Shown: positions 31,994 through 42,324 of the stretch, piece after piece
Layout of the letters: each line of letters begins with the position of its first letter
How positions within the stretch are numbered: the first letter of the stretch is position 1
From: Vicinamibacteria bacterium
GTDB taxonomy: Bacteria > Acidobacteriota > Vicinamibacteria > Marinacidobacterales > Marinacidobacteraceae
Direction of reading: 5' to 3'
DNA: 64,000 nt
Assembly: GCA_963668695.2 (NCBI GenBank)
Contig: CAXXLQ010000004.1
Span: 1,280,001-1,344,000 of the forward strand
Made by a program: the position numbers and the translations under genes
The notes under the pieces: model-generated
Told to the model about the DNA's origin: nothing
Databases searched by the model: none
Seen by the model: only the letters and a program-made list of their open reading frames with translations

Positions 31994-33091
31994 TCAGGCT
32001 CCGCCTTCGCAGACGCCGTCCTCGATATCGAGGATCATGTCGTCGACATCCGCACGTCTCGAGTCGTTACCCGCGAGCCGCAGGAAGGCGTTGAAGTAGC
32101 GCTGCGCGGTGTTGCACTGGCCGCCGTTGAAGGCGATCACGCCCAGCGAGTAATTGGCCTCCTTCGCCCGGGGATCGTTGGGAACGGCCTGGAGCGCGAC
32201 GCCGTAGTGGCGCATCACGCCCCTCTGGTCTTGGGCCAGCTGCGCGATGAAACCCAGCATCCAATGGGCTTCGGTGACGTATTCCCCTTCGGGTTCAGCC
32301 TCGAGGTAGCTGGTAAGGCGTGGCCCCGCCTTGTCGTAGTCCCGAGCGTTGAAGTTGATCGAGGCGGCTCGGTAGAGCACCTGGGGCAACTGGGGAATGT
32401 CCGGATTCTGCGCGATGACGACCGAGAAGGCTTCCTCGGCTCCCGCGGTGTCCTGCTCCTGGAGCAGCGCGAATCCAAGACGAAAGTGGATTTCCGCGTC
32501 GGTGGGATCGACGGCGGCTACCTGGCGAAGCAACGGGATCGCCGCTGCCCGGTCCCCCGACTCGCTGCGGCCAAGCGCGACATTGCGTCGGGCCACGGCG
32601 ATCTGATCGCCGAGTTGGGCCGCCATTTCCGGATTTGTATCGGTGCCGGCAAGAAACTTTTCGAACGAACTCATGGCTTCCGCCGCGCTTCCGTTCGCCT
32701 GATGGGCGAAGCCGAGGAAGAGATGGCCAGCGAAAAAGTCGGGCATGACCTCGAGGGTTGCCGAGCAGGCGGTGAGGGTGGTGTCCCACGCCGCAGACTG
32801 CGCCGACTCTACGCACTGGGTCTGGTTCTGGTAGTTGATCGTCGTGTGGGCGTAATCCACGTTCTCCTTGTAGAACTCCCACGAAAGATGACTCTCGTCG
32901 TGGACGGAGAGCAGCGATTCGCAGGCCGCGATGACATCTTCCCAAACCTGGCTCTCGATCGCCGCCTCGCACGCTTCGTCCGGATCGTCTTGCACCAAGG
33001 GGTGGGACGCGGTCGCAGAAAGCGCAAGACCGGGGAAGGCGAGCGTCGCAGCGAACAGAAGGGGGAGTCCGAGGTTGCTCTGAAGTGGCAT
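31994..33091 (-). CDS. Secreted TPR protein, paralog 3
   Basis: Signal peptide MPLQSNLGL..., TPR motifs (EIHFRLGFALL, EANYSLG), Cx15C modules; AAGGAG RBS. Confidence 0.85.
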   Translation of the reverse strand: MPLQSNLGLPLLFAATLAFPGLALSATASHPLVQDDPDEACEAAIESQVWEDVIAACESLLSVHDESHLSWEFYKENVDYAHTTINYQNQTQCVESAQSAAWDTTLTACSATLEVMPDFFAGHLFLGFAHQANGSAAEAMSSFEKFLAGTDTNPEMAAQLGDQIAVARRNVALGRSESGDRAAAIPLLRQVAAVDPTDAEIHFRLGFALLQEQDTAGAEEAFSVVIAQNPDIPQLPQVLYRAASINFNARDYDKAGPRLTSYLEAEPEGEYVTEAHWMLGFIAQLAQDQRGVMRHYGVALQAVPNDPRAKEANYSLGVIAFNGGQCNTAQRYFNAFLRLAGNDSRRADVDDMILDIEDGVCEGGA

Positions 33092-33307
33092 AACAGAATC
33101 TCCTTGAGGTCGGGAAGGGCGTTCCGGCCGGCCGTGACCGGCTATCACCCCCAATACCCCGCCCCGTGAATGGAACGAAGCAGCCTAGCACAGGACACCC
33201 GTACGCGTGGTAAAAGCAAGAAACAACGGTCGATCAGTCACCTGTCACCCCAATCTGGGTCAGGCGGGGCGCCTGTCGGGATGACCCGCGGCGGGGCCGT
33301 CGGAGGC

Positions 33308-34363
33308 TCAGTCTCCCTGGCAGCCGCCTTCAGCGATCGACGCCAGAATCTCGGTTACCTGGGCAGCGTTCGCGTGATCCGGAGCCAGTTCCATCAGCGC
33401 CTTGTAGTGCTGCTCGGCGTTCCCGCAGTCGTCGCGGTTGAAGTACATAGTGCCGAGAGCGTAGTTGGCGTCCGGAAGCCGTGGATCGCCTGCGGCGGCG
33501 CCGCCGAGGAAGCCCCGATAGTGGGTGATGGCGCGATCCTCATCGGAGCCTTGAAACGCCAGCGCCAGCATGTAGTGGGCTTCCGGGGCGCCCCTGCCGT
33601 TCGGCTCGGCGGCCAGGAAGGCACTCAGCCGTTCGTCGGCCCTGGCGTAGTCGCCGGCGTTGAAGTTGAGCTGGCCGGCCAGAAACACGATCCCCGGGAC
33701 GGGGTTGGGAGCTTCCGCGATATAGACCGAGAGTGCACGTTCGGCGCCCGCTTCTTCACCCGTCGACAAGAGCGCGCGCCCGAGGCGGAAATGCACTTCG
33801 ACATCCTTCGGGTTGGCCCTCGCCGCCGCCTGGAGGAGCGGAATGGCGTCCTGGGCGGCGTTCTCGCGGGCGAAGGCGATTCCGCCCGACCGCTGCGCGA
33901 TGGTGATCTGCTGGGCCAGTTGCGACGCTGCCTCGGAATTCCCCCGGACCCCGTTCAGGAACGCCTGGAAATTGACCGCGGTGTTCACCCAGTCCTGCTT
34001 TATCTGGTGGGCGATGCCGAGGAAATAGTTCATGATGAACGCCCCGGGGTTCGCCTCGACCGCCATCTGGCAGTACGCGATGACGCTGTCCCACTGCTGC
34101 GCATCGAACGCCGGTTGGCACTGGAGGCTGTACGCGTACTGCACGGTTTGCGACCAGTGGGCGTAGTACGGGTGATCCTCCGGGAGCGCGTCGACCACCT
34201 CGGGGCAGGCGGCGAGGACCTGCTCGTAGTTCGCGCTGTCCACCGCCTGCATGCAGGCGGTCGCCTTCTGCGGGTCCACATCCTGGGCCGCGGCTTCGCG
34301 GGCCCCTCCCGCGATGATGCCAACCATGAGGGCCAGGGACAGAGTCAGAAATCGGGTGTGCAT
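33308..34363 (-). CDS. Secreted TPR protein, paralog 2
   Basis: MHTRFLTL... signal, EVHFRLGRALL, DANYALG, Cx15C modules; AAGGAG RBS. Confidence 0.85.
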   Translation of the reverse strand: MHTRFLTLSLALMVGIIAGGAREAAAQDVDPQKATACMQAVDSANYEQVLAACPEVVDALPEDHPYYAHWSQTVQYAYSLQCQPAFDAQQWDSVIAYCQMAVEANPGAFIMNYFLGIAHQIKQDWVNTAVNFQAFLNGVRGNSEAASQLAQQITIAQRSGGIAFARENAAQDAIPLLQAAARANPKDVEVHFRLGRALLSTGEEAGAERALSVYIAEAPNPVPGIVFLAGQLNFNAGDYARADERLSAFLAAEPNGRGAPEAHYMLALAFQGSDEDRAITHYRGFLGGAAAGDPRLPDANYALGTMYFNRDDCGNAEQHYKALMELAPDHANAAQVTEILASIAEGGCQGD

Positions 34364-34497
34364 GGCGGAAGTCTCCTTGCCTGATCTGGCGACCGCTTCG
34401 TCATGTCTGCTTCTAGTGGACGAGCGTGGCCCGCGCGAAGTGTAGGAAACTAGCACAGGCGCAGGGAAGCCTTGGAACGTCTTGCTCGGGGCGCCGG

Positions 34498-35439
34498 CTA
34501 CGGGGGCGTGCCGCAGAGTGCGAAATCCTCCTCCAGATAGCGCTGCACCTCGGAGGCGCGCTCGTGCTCCGGCGCGATTCTGAGGAAGTCCTGATAGTGG
34601 CGGCGGGCTTGATCGCACTCTTCGCGATCGGCGGCAATCGTTCCGAGGAAGTAGTGGGCAACCACGGCCCGGGCGCTCTCCGGTTCGATTTCGAGCAGTG
34701 CGGCGAAGTGAAGTCGCGCTTCGTCCTCCGTGGCGCCGGGATCCGCCGCCGCGGACTCTGAACTCCGGAGCGCCATGGAGCCGGCCATCCAGTGGGCGTC
34801 GGCGCGGAAGGGCCCGTCAGCAGCGGCCGCTAGATACCCGGCGAGGTGGGTCCGCGCCGTTTCGTAGTCTCCGGCGTCGTAGCGGAGTTGTCCGAGAAAG
34901 AAGAGCGCCTGGCTAATCTGGGGCGCTTCCCGGGCTACCACCGAAAAGGCCGCCTCCGCGCCTGTGCGGTCGCCCTGTTCCAGGAGCCCGACGCCGAGAA
35001 AAAAGGCCACTTCGGCGTCCACCGGATCGGCTTCGGTGGCGCGCCGGAGCAGGGGAAGCGCCTGTTCGCGGTCGGCGGCGCGAAACCGCGCGATCGCGGC
35101 TCCACGGATGGCGGCGTTGATCTGTTCGGCCAGACGAGCTTCCCCTTCCGGCTCCGCCTCGGCCGCCGCAACGAAGGATTCGAATGCGGCCGCGGCCTCG
35201 TTCCATGCCAGTTTCGCCTGATAGGCAAGGCCGAGGAAGTAGTGGATGCCGTAGGTTTCCGGAAGCGCCCGAATCGCGGCCTCGCAATGGGTCACGGCGG
35301 CGTCCCAGGCGGACGCCTGCATCGCGGCTTCGCACTCGCGCGCGGCTGCCCGTCCCTCCTGCACCGGCGCGGCGGGCGCGGGAGCCGCGACCAGCAGCAA
35401 GGGAGCGATTGCCAACCAGGTGACGGCCCTGCCGGGCAC
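34498..35439 (-). CDS. Secreted TPR protein, paralog 1
   Basis: Signal peptide, EVAFFLGVGLL, AHYFLG, one Cx15C module. Confidence 0.82.
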   Translation of the reverse strand: MPGRAVTWLAIAPLLLVAAPAPAAPVQEGRAAARECEAAMQASAWDAAVTHCEAAIRALPETYGIHYFLGLAYQAKLAWNEAAAAFESFVAAAEAEPEGEARLAEQINAAIRGAAIARFRAADREQALPLLRRATEADPVDAEVAFFLGVGLLEQGDRTGAEAAFSVVAREAPQISQALFFLGQLRYDAGDYETARTHLAGYLAAAADGPFRADAHWMAGSMALRSSESAAADPGATEDEARLHFAALLEIEPESARAVVAHYFLGTIAADREECDQARRHYQDFLRIAPEHERASEVQRYLEEDFALCGTPP

Positions 35440-35452
35440 GGTGCCCAGGCTG

Positions 35453-35839
35453 CTACGACGGCGAGCCGGCCCGCGACTCGCTCCCGGAAGAGGAGGGCTT
35501 GGCGCCGCTTGCGCCGCCGGCCTTCTGGCCCGCCTTCTCCTTGCCGGCCCTGTTCCCCGAATCCGTCTTCCCCGAATCCGTCTTCCCCGAATCCGTCTTC
35601 CCCGAATCCTCGCCTTTCGCGGACGCGCCGTTGTTGCCGTTTGCGCCTTTCTCCCCTGCTTTCCGGGCGTAGTCGGTCACGTACCAGCCGCTACCTACGA
35701 AATGGATGGCGGGGCTGGAAATGATCTTCCTGGCCGATCCACCACAGTGCCGGCAGACATCCAGCGGTTCATCGCTGAGGCGCTGGAGGGCTTCGAAGAC
35801 TACGTCGCAGTCGTCGCAGCGATATTCGTATATAGGCAT
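35453..35839 (-). CDS. FmdB family zinc-ribbon protein
   Basis: MPIYEYRCDDC...CRHCGG...FVGSGWYVTDY; low-complexity tail with GKTDS repeats (15-bp units, 35553-35609). Confidence 0.92.
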   Translation of the reverse strand: MPIYEYRCDDCDVVFEALQRLSDEPLDVCRHCGGSARKIISSPAIHFVGSGWYVTDYARKAGEKGANGNNGASAKGEDSGKTDSGKTDSGKTDSGNRAGKEKAGQKAGGASGAKPSSSGSESRAGSPS

Positions 35840-35910
35840 GCCCTACTCGACGTTGGGGCTCGGAGTTTAGCGGGGTTCGGCGGTCCGCCGCTGTTCGGCT
35901 CTTGCGGAGG

Positions 35911-37488
35911 TTATCGACTCTGGAGGGGCGGTGTCGTCGTCGGTGGTCGTCGGCGCCGGGTCGCCTGCTCGTACGCGTAGGAGATCCGAAAGAGCGCGCC
36001 TTCGCCGAGCGCGTTCCCGAGGAACTGCAACCCGCCGGGAAGTCCGGAGGGGGTAAAGCCCATGGGAACGGTGACCGCGGGGAAGCCGGTGGGCGGAGAG
36101 AGCTGGGGCGAGTTGTTTCCGTCGGGAGTCGTCAGGTCGCCCAGCAGGCGCGGCGGGTTGCTCCAGGTTGGGAAGGCGAGGGCGTCGAGATCCTGGTCCG
36201 CGAGAAGGCCTTGGACTTCCGCCCGAAGTTCCGCAGCCCGTTCGTTGGCTTCCGCACAGACCTCATCCGGCTCGCCTTCCACCTCGAGCGCAGTTTCGAG
36301 CCGGGGCCTGATCGACGGATGGAAGTCGCCGCCGTCGACAAGCTCCTCAAGAGTCGTTACCGGCGCGTTCGGCCCAAGGCTCCCCAGATAGGCCTCCAGC
36401 TGGGCGCGGAAGGGATTGCACCACAGCGACTTCTCGGCTTCGAGCCCCTCGATCCGAACCGGATCAACGATCGTGGCTCCCAGTTCGGTGAGGTCGGCCA
36501 GGGCCGCTTCGAAGAGCGCCGAGATCTCGGGGTCGGCTGTTTCGGTATCGCTGAGCTGGCGCACCACCCCGATGCGGAAGTCGGCCAGAGTCCCGGCGTC
36601 GAGGTACTGGAGATAGTCGGCTTCGCGCTCGAACCCGGTGGTTGCCTCATCGGCTGGGTCCGGTCCTGCCAACACATCGAAGACCCGCACCCCGTCCTCG
36701 ACCGTGCGCGCCATGGGGCCGCCGACATCCCGGAACAGATTCAGGGGAACGATTCCGTCACGGCTGGTGAGGCCCATCGTGGACCGGATCCCGAAGAGCG
36801 CATTGTGGGAAGAAGGGCCCCGGATGGAGTTGCCGGTGTCGGTCCCCAATCCGACGGCGCCGAAACTGGCCGCTACCGCGGCCCCGGTACCGCCGGAAGA
36901 GCCGGCAGGGACGCGGTAGGGGTCGTATGGGTTGCGGGTGTGCCCGGGCACTACCGAGCCGAGGCTCTCGTAGGCACTGAACGCGAACTCGGCCATGTTG
37001 GACTTGGCCAGGACGATGGCTCCCGCCTCACGGATTTTCTGGACCTGGAAGGCGTCGTCGGGCGGCAACGAATCCTTGAGCGATGCTGATCCCGCCGTGG
37101 TGGGGAGATCGGCGGTGTCGTAGTTGTCCTTCACGATCATCGGAACGCATTCGAGCGGACGGTCCGGGCTGAGGTCGGAGGCGGCGAGGCGCGCGTCGGC
37201 TTCGCGGGCACGGGTCATGGCCTCCGGATTGATCGTGACGATGGCGTGCAGTGCCGGACCCTGCCGGTCGTACGCCTCGATACGGGCCAGATAGGCGGCT
37301 ACCAGATCGACGCAGGTGAAATCTCCGTTCTGAAGGCCTTGGTGGATTCCGGAAATGTCGAGTTCTACGACCTCCGGCCCAGTGGGAAGCTCCGGCTCCG
37401 GAGCGCCGCAACCAGCCATGACGAACGACGCGGAAACCGCCAGCACGATCCCGCTTCGCCTACTGAATGTCCCTACTGTCCCGATCAT
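35911..37488 (-). CDS. Amidase-signature family lipoprotein
   Basis: Lipobox MAG-C, KDNYDT, GSSGGTGAAVA, GTDTGNSIRGPSS; paralog of 21889-23499. Confidence 0.92.
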   Translation of the reverse strand: MIGTVGTFSRRSGIVLAVSASFVMAGCGAPEPELPTGPEVVELDISGIHQGLQNGDFTCVDLVAAYLARIEAYDRQGPALHAIVTINPEAMTRAREADARLAASDLSPDRPLECVPMIVKDNYDTADLPTTAGSASLKDSLPPDDAFQVQKIREAGAIVLAKSNMAEFAFSAYESLGSVVPGHTRNPYDPYRVPAGSSGGTGAAVAASFGAVGLGTDTGNSIRGPSSHNALFGIRSTMGLTSRDGIVPLNLFRDVGGPMARTVEDGVRVFDVLAGPDPADEATTGFEREADYLQYLDAGTLADFRIGVVRQLSDTETADPEISALFEAALADLTELGATIVDPVRIEGLEAEKSLWCNPFRAQLEAYLGSLGPNAPVTTLEELVDGGDFHPSIRPRLETALEVEGEPDEVCAEANERAAELRAEVQGLLADQDLDALAFPTWSNPPRLLGDLTTPDGNNSPQLSPPTGFPAVTVPMGFTPSGLPGGLQFLGNALGEGALFRISYAYEQATRRRRPPTTTPPLQSR

Positions 37489-37646
37489 CGTCCGATTCTA
37501 TTCGTCTTCCGCGGCCGGGGGCGGACTGCTTGCTGGACGCTTCCGCGCGAACAGCGAGCCGGAACAGAAAGGCCGTAGGTTCGCTTCCCTGATGCCTTCC
37601 GGGTCGCGGTATCGCTTGCCGGACGGCTTCGTTACAATGCTGACCC

Positions 37647-37751
37647 ATGACGCTCAGCGAGTCAGCCCGGCCGCGCCTTTCCCGGCAATTGCTGTGGCGA
37701 TGGCGATTTTGCTTTAGGCCGGGCTCGCCTCGCGTCCGTTTGATCCACTGA
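37647..37751 (+). CDS. trpL: Putative trp operon leader peptide (34 aa, W-R-W)
   Basis: MTLSESARPRLSRQLLWRWRFCFRPGSPRVRLIH*; TACAAT at 37633-37638; alternative stems downstream; upstream of trpD. Confidence 0.6.
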   Translation: MTLSESARPRLSRQLLWRWRFCFRPGSPRVRLIH

Positions 37752-37785
37752 TTGCGGCGGGAGGCGGCCCGACCCGGGACGCCTC
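37664..37785 (+). promoter_or_regulatory. Attenuator-like mutually exclusive stems (1:2, 2:3, 3:4)
   Basis: agcccggcc/ggccgggct; gggctcgcctc/gaggcggccc; gaggcg-g-cccg/cggg-a-cgcctc. Confidence 0.55.
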
Positions 37786-37890
37786 TGGACGACGGCGCGA
37801 AAGGGTGCTCAAGAGCGCCCGCTAAGGCTTCTGAGGTTCCCGGTTCGGGACGCTGTGACCGTCACTCACACCACCAAGGAGCCAACTCCA

Positions 37891-38922
37891 GTGATCGCCC
37901 CACTCCTCGAAACTCTCCTCTCCGGCGAATCTGCCGATTCCGGAGCGCTGGAGAGCGCTCTGCACCGAATCCTGTCCGGGGAAAGCGACGTGGCCCAGAC
38001 GGCGGGGCTGCTCGTGGCGCTCCGCGTCAGCGAGCCCGACTCCGCAACCCTTGCCGCGTGCGCTCGCGCACTCCGGAGTCACCGCAAGGCCGTCATGTCT
38101 CAGGTCCGACCTCTCGTGGACACCTGCGGCACTGGCGGTGACAAGAGCGGCACCTTCAACATTTCGACGGCGTCGGCGCTGGTCGTGGCGGCCGCCGGCG
38201 GGGCTGTCGCCAAACACGGCAACCGCAGCGTTTCTTCGATCACCGGCAGCGCCGACGTGCTGGAGGCTTGTGGAGCGCCCCTCCATCTTGAGCCGGGCCA
38301 GGCGTCCCGGATTCTGGATTCCACTGGTTTCGTGTTCCTCTTTGCCCCCGCTTTCCACCCCGCGATGGCCCATGTCGGACCCGCCCGCCGCGCTCTCGGA
38401 ATCCGGACGCTCTTCAACGTCCTCGGGCCGCTCGCGAATCCGGCGCTGGCGGAACGTCAGTTGATCGGTGTCTACGACCCTTCGTTGACCGAGACCATTG
38501 CCGGAGCCTTGGCCAGGTTGGGGTCCGCCTCAGCGCTGGTCGTGCATTGCGATGGCTTGGACGAAATTGGCCTTCACGCAACGACCCGGGGCCATGCGCT
38601 CAGCGGAGGAGAGGTGCGTCCAGTCGAGATCCGGGTTTCCGAACTCGGACTGCGGGAGGCGCCGATCGAGGAACTCCGAGGTGGTGGCACCGAGGAAAAC
38701 GCCGAGATTCTCAGGGCGGTGCTGTCCGGGAAGGATCAGGGACCGAAGCGGGACGTCGTCGCGGCGAACGCGGGCGCCGCGCTTACCGTTGCCGGGCTCG
38801 CCCCGGACCTCGAGACCGGAGTGCGTACCGCGCTGGCAACCCTGTCCTCCGGCCGCGCCCTGCGCACCCTGGAGCGCTACGTGGAAACGAGCATGCGGAT
38901 GACCGGACTGAATGTCGCATGA
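37891..38922 (+). CDS. trpD: Anthranilate phosphoribosyltransferase
   Basis: DTCGTGGD, FNIST, KHGNRSVSS, GSADVLE, RTLFNVLGPLANP, DGLDEI. Confidence 0.96.
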   Translation: MIAPLLETLLSGESADSGALESALHRILSGESDVAQTAGLLVALRVSEPDSATLAACARALRSHRKAVMSQVRPLVDTCGTGGDKSGTFNISTASALVVAAAGGAVAKHGNRSVSSITGSADVLEACGAPLHLEPGQASRILDSTGFVFLFAPAFHPAMAHVGPARRALGIRTLFNVLGPLANPALAERQLIGVYDPSLTETIAGALARLGSASALVVHCDGLDEIGLHATTRGHALSGGEVRPVEIRVSELGLREAPIEELRGGGTEENAEILRAVLSGKDQGPKRDVVAANAGAALTVAGLAPDLETGVRTALATLSSGRALRTLERYVETSMRMTGLNVA

Positions 38923-39694
38923 ACGGGGGGTACTCGACCGACTCGTCCGCTCGGCCGAAGCGAGAGCGGTGCGTCTCGCTACCGGACCACCGCCCGGGCG
39001 TCCTGAACGCGAGCCCCCTTCCTTCCGGAACGCGGTCGGCGGGCGCGACACGCTCTCGGTGATCGCCGAGTTCAAGCGGAAAAGTCCGAGCGCCGGGGCC
39101 ATCCGCGACGACGATCCGGGGGCACGGGCTCGCGCTTATCGGGACGCGGGCGCCTCCGCGATTTCGGTGCTGACCGATCCCGATGCCTTCGGTGGTTCCC
39201 TGGAGGATCTGCAAGCTGCTTCGGTTGCCTCTTCGCTTCCCATCCTGATGAAGGACTTCGTCGTACACCCCGCGCAGATCCGGGCGGGGTGGGCGGCGGG
39301 AGCGTCGGCGGTGCTCCTCATCGTTCGTTGTCTCCACGACTCCCGACTCCATCATCTCTATGAGGAAGCGCGATCCCTGGGGCTTGACGCCCTGGTTGAA
39401 GTGCACGACACGGCGGAGCTCGATCGCGCCCTGGTCCTTGACGATGCGATCGTCGGGATCAACAACCGGAATCTGGACACGTTGGAGACGGACCGCCGGC
39501 GCGCCGCGGCGCTGCTCCCCCGAGTCCCTCCGGGACGCATTGCCGTGGCGGAGAGCGGCTATCTCGAGCCGGCGCACCTTGCCGAACTGCGCGGAAAAGC
39601 AGACGCGGTGCTGATCGGGACCGCGCTGATGCGCGCCCCGGACCCTTCGGCGTTTCTCCGCGCCGCCACCGAACCGCTGCCCGTCGGCGCCTGA
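38912..39694 (+). CDS. trpC: Indole-3-glycerol phosphate synthase
   Basis: IAEFKRKSPS, ISVLTD, KDF, LVEVH, GINNRNL, AESG. Confidence 0.95.
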   Translation: MSHERGVLDRLVRSAEARAVRLATGPPPGRPEREPPSFRNAVGGRDTLSVIAEFKRKSPSAGAIRDDDPGARARAYRDAGASAISVLTDPDAFGGSLEDLQAASVASSLPILMKDFVVHPAQIRAGWAAGASAVLLIVRCLHDSRLHHLYEEARSLGLDALVEVHDTAELDRALVLDDAIVGINNRNLDTLETDRRRAAALLPRVPPGRIAVAESGYLEPAHLAELRGKADAVLIGTALMRAPDPSAFLRAATEPLPVGA

Positions 39695-39713
39695 GGAAGA
39701 CCGGGCGCGCGTC

Positions 39714-40337
39714 TTGGAAGTCAAGATCTGCGGCCTTCGGAGACCGGAGGATGCCCGGTTGGCCGTGCGGCTTGGGGCCCGCTGGATCGGGGTCGTGCGA
39801 GCTCCGGACTCCCCGCGTTCGGCAACGCTCGAGGAAGCCCACAGGGTGATCGCGGCTGCCCGGGAGGTCAATCCGGAGGTTCGTCCGGTGCTCGCGACCG
39901 GAAGGCGTACTCGGGACGAAGTCGCCGCCGATGCATTCGCGCTGGGGATAGAAAGGGTCCAGCCGCACGGGCTGTCGGACGCCGGAGTCCGGTCGCTTGG
40001 GGAGGCCGGCCTGATTGTCCATCGGGTCGTGACCGTTCCGGAGACCGCAGACCGTCTTCCCGATTTCGTCCCTCCCGGCGAGGGCGACGGCCCGCTCGTT
40101 TTCGACGTGGGTGGCGGCGGTAGCGGTCGCGCCTTCGACTGGCGCTTTCTCGGGGAGCAGGCTCCGGCACGGGCTTTCATCGCGGGAGGATTGAAACCCG
40201 AGAACATCGGGCGCCTGCTTCCCTTTCAGCCATGGGGTGTGGACATTTCAAGCGGCGTCGAGTCAGCTCCCGGCGTCAAGGACCCCGATCGGTTGCGGCT
40301 TTTCTTCAGCCGGTTGCAGTCGGAATTCGCCGCGTGA
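39714..40337 (+). CDS. trpF: Phosphoribosylanthranilate isomerase
   Basis: [44 protein letters not shown]. Confidence 0.93.
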   Translation: MEVKICGLRRPEDARLAVRLGARWIGVVRAPDSPRSATLEEAHRVIAAAREVNPEVRPVLATGRRTRDEVAADAFALGIERVQPHGLSDAGVRSLGEAGLIVHRVVTVPETADRLPDFVPPGEGDGPLVFDVGGGGSGRAFDWRFLGEQAPARAFIAGGLKPENIGRLLPFQPWGVDISSGVESAPGVKDPDRLRLFFSRLQSEFAA

Positions 40338-41530
40338 AACGCGGACTTCGGCCCCGGCAGGGAGCGTTCGGTTCCTTCGGGGGACGGTTTGTTCCGGAAC
40401 TCCTCACGCCCGCGCTCGAGGAGCTGGAAACCGCCCGCAAGGAGATCGTGCCTACGGCGGCGTTCCGCAGCGAACTGGACCGGGAGGCGCGGGACTGGGT
40501 GGGGCGGCCGACTCCCCTTACCAGGGTCCCGCGGTTCTCGGAACGGGCCGGATTCGAAACGGTATTCAAGCGCGAGGACCTGCTCCATGGAGGGGCGCAC
40601 AAGGCGAACAACGTGCTCGGGCAGGCCCTCCTGGCCCGGCACATGGGCAAGACCCGGCTAATCGCCGAGACCGGCGCCGGTCAGCATGGGACTGCGACGG
40701 CGATGATCGCGGCGCGGTTCGGTATGCGGGCGGTGATCTACATGGGAGCAAAGGACATGGCGCGCCAGGCCCCCAATGTGAAGCGAATGGAACTGTGCGG
40801 CGCCGAAGTGGTTCCCGTCACGGCGGGGGCCCGCACTCTGAAGGACGCGATCAACGAAGCGCTGCGCGATTGGACCGGGAGCCTCGCCGATACGCACTAC
40901 CTGCTCGGGACGGCCGCGGGACCGCATCCCTTTCCACGCCTGGTCCGGGATTTCCAAGCAGTCATCGGGCGCGAGGCCAAACGGCAGTGGCGGCGTGAAC
41001 TCGGCGGGCTCCCCGATGTGGTCGTGGCGTGCGTGGGGGGCGGAAGCAACGCGATCGGGATCTTCCACGCCTTCGTGCCCGAAAAATCGGTTCGGCTTGT
41101 CGGCGTAGAGCCCGGAGGAGCGGGACTGGAAAGCGGCCGGCACGGCGCGACCCTCGTGCGCGGCACTCCGGGCCTGCTCCACGGCGCCCGCACCATGGTC
41201 CTCCAGGACGACGAAGGCCAGATCCGCGAACCCCACAGCATTTCGGCGGGGCTCGACTATCCCGGGGTGGGCCCGGAGCACGCGCACCTTCAGGAGATCG
41301 GTCGAGCCACCTACGTCGCCGCCACCGATGAAGAGGCGCTGGATGCCTTCGAGGTGCTGTCGGCCACCGAAGGGATCGTTCCCGCCTTCGAACCTTCCCA
41401 CGCGCTCGCTTTCGTCCTCCGCGCCAGGCAATCGCGGGAGATTGCCGCCGGGGCGCGGGTACTCGTGAACCTTTGCGGCCGCGGCGACAAGGATCTTGAG
41501 ACGTATTTCGCGCTCGGTCGATCGTCATGA
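40334..41530 (+). CDS. trpB: Tryptophan synthase beta chain
   Basis: [48 protein letters not shown]. Confidence 0.97.
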   Translation: MKRGLRPRQGAFGSFGGRFVPELLTPALEELETARKEIVPTAAFRSELDREARDWVGRPTPLTRVPRFSERAGFETVFKREDLLHGGAHKANNVLGQALLARHMGKTRLIAETGAGQHGTATAMIAARFGMRAVIYMGAKDMARQAPNVKRMELCGAEVVPVTAGARTLKDAINEALRDWTGSLADTHYLLGTAAGPHPFPRLVRDFQAVIGREAKRQWRRELGGLPDVVVACVGGGSNAIGIFHAFVPEKSVRLVGVEPGGAGLESGRHGATLVRGTPGLLHGARTMVLQDDEGQIREPHSISAGLDYPGVGPEHAHLQEIGRATYVAATDEEALDAFEVLSATEGIVPAFEPSHALAFVLRARQSREIAAGARVLVNLCGRGDKDLETYFALGRSS

Positions 41531-42324
41531 GCCTCGCCGCGCTCCGTACTACGCTGGGGGAGGGGCCGGCGGTTTCTCCGTTTCTGGTGCTCGGAGATCC
41601 GACTCCTGACCTTTGTGTGGAGTTGGCGCGGACGGCGGTCTCGGCGGGCGCCCGGATGCTTGAGATCGGATTCCCCTATAGCGATCCGGTCGCCGATGGT
41701 CCGGCGATCCAGGCGGCGGCGAGCCGCGCGCTTGCGGGAGGCACCTCAACGTTCCGCGGGTTCGAACTTCTGGGGCGGATCGCAAAGACCTGTCCGGGAG
41801 TCCCGCTCAACCTGCTGGTGTACGGGAATCTGGTGCATCGGATCGGATACGAACGGTTCACCGACACCGTGCGCGATGCCGGCGCCTCCTCGCTGCTCGT
41901 TCCGGATATACCGCTGGAGGAGGCCGCTCCGCTCCGCCGGGCGTGCCGGCGCGCCGGGCTCGGGCACGTTGAACTGGCGGGGCCCCTCACCCCGGCGCCG
42001 CGTCTCAAGCGCCTCGCCGGCGCCTCCTGTTTCGTTTACCTCGCGGGCTTCCAGGGCGTCACCGGCGTTCGTCGCGGCGGGTTCTCCGGGGTCCTTCGCC
42101 GGGTCGCCGAAGTCGCCGGAGTTGTGCAGGTTCCCTTGTGTCTCGGTTTCGGGCTGTCGGACCGCGCTCAGATCGTTCGCGGCTTCGAAGCCGGCGCGCG
42201 GATCGCGGTCGTCGGGAGCCACCTCGCGCGGGCAGTCGAACGCCTTTACCGAAGGGCGGGGGACGCGGATGACCTGATCGCCGGTTACCGTTCCGCGGTG
42301 CTTCAGCTCACCGCAAGCGGTTAA
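41527..42324 (+). CDS. trpA: Tryptophan synthase alpha chain
   Basis: [33 protein letters not shown]. Confidence 0.95.
   Translation: MSLAALRTTLGEGPAVSPFLVLGDPTPDLCVELARTAVSAGARMLEIGFPYSDPVADGPAIQAAASRALAGGTSTFRGFELLGRIAKTCPGVPLNLLVYGNLVHRIGYERFTDTVRDAGASSLLVPDIPLEEAAPLRRACRRAGLGHVELAGPLTPAPRLKRLAGASCFVYLAGFQGVTGVRRGGFSGVLRRVAEVAGVVQVPLCLGFGLSDRAQIVRGFEAGARIAVVGSHLARAVERLYRRAGDADDLIAGYRSAVLQLTASG

Noticed and set aside
37500-37890. T-box riboswitch upstream of trpD
   Set aside because: No T-box consensus (GGGTGGTACC-like) or U-tailed terminator seen; the leader-peptide model fits better
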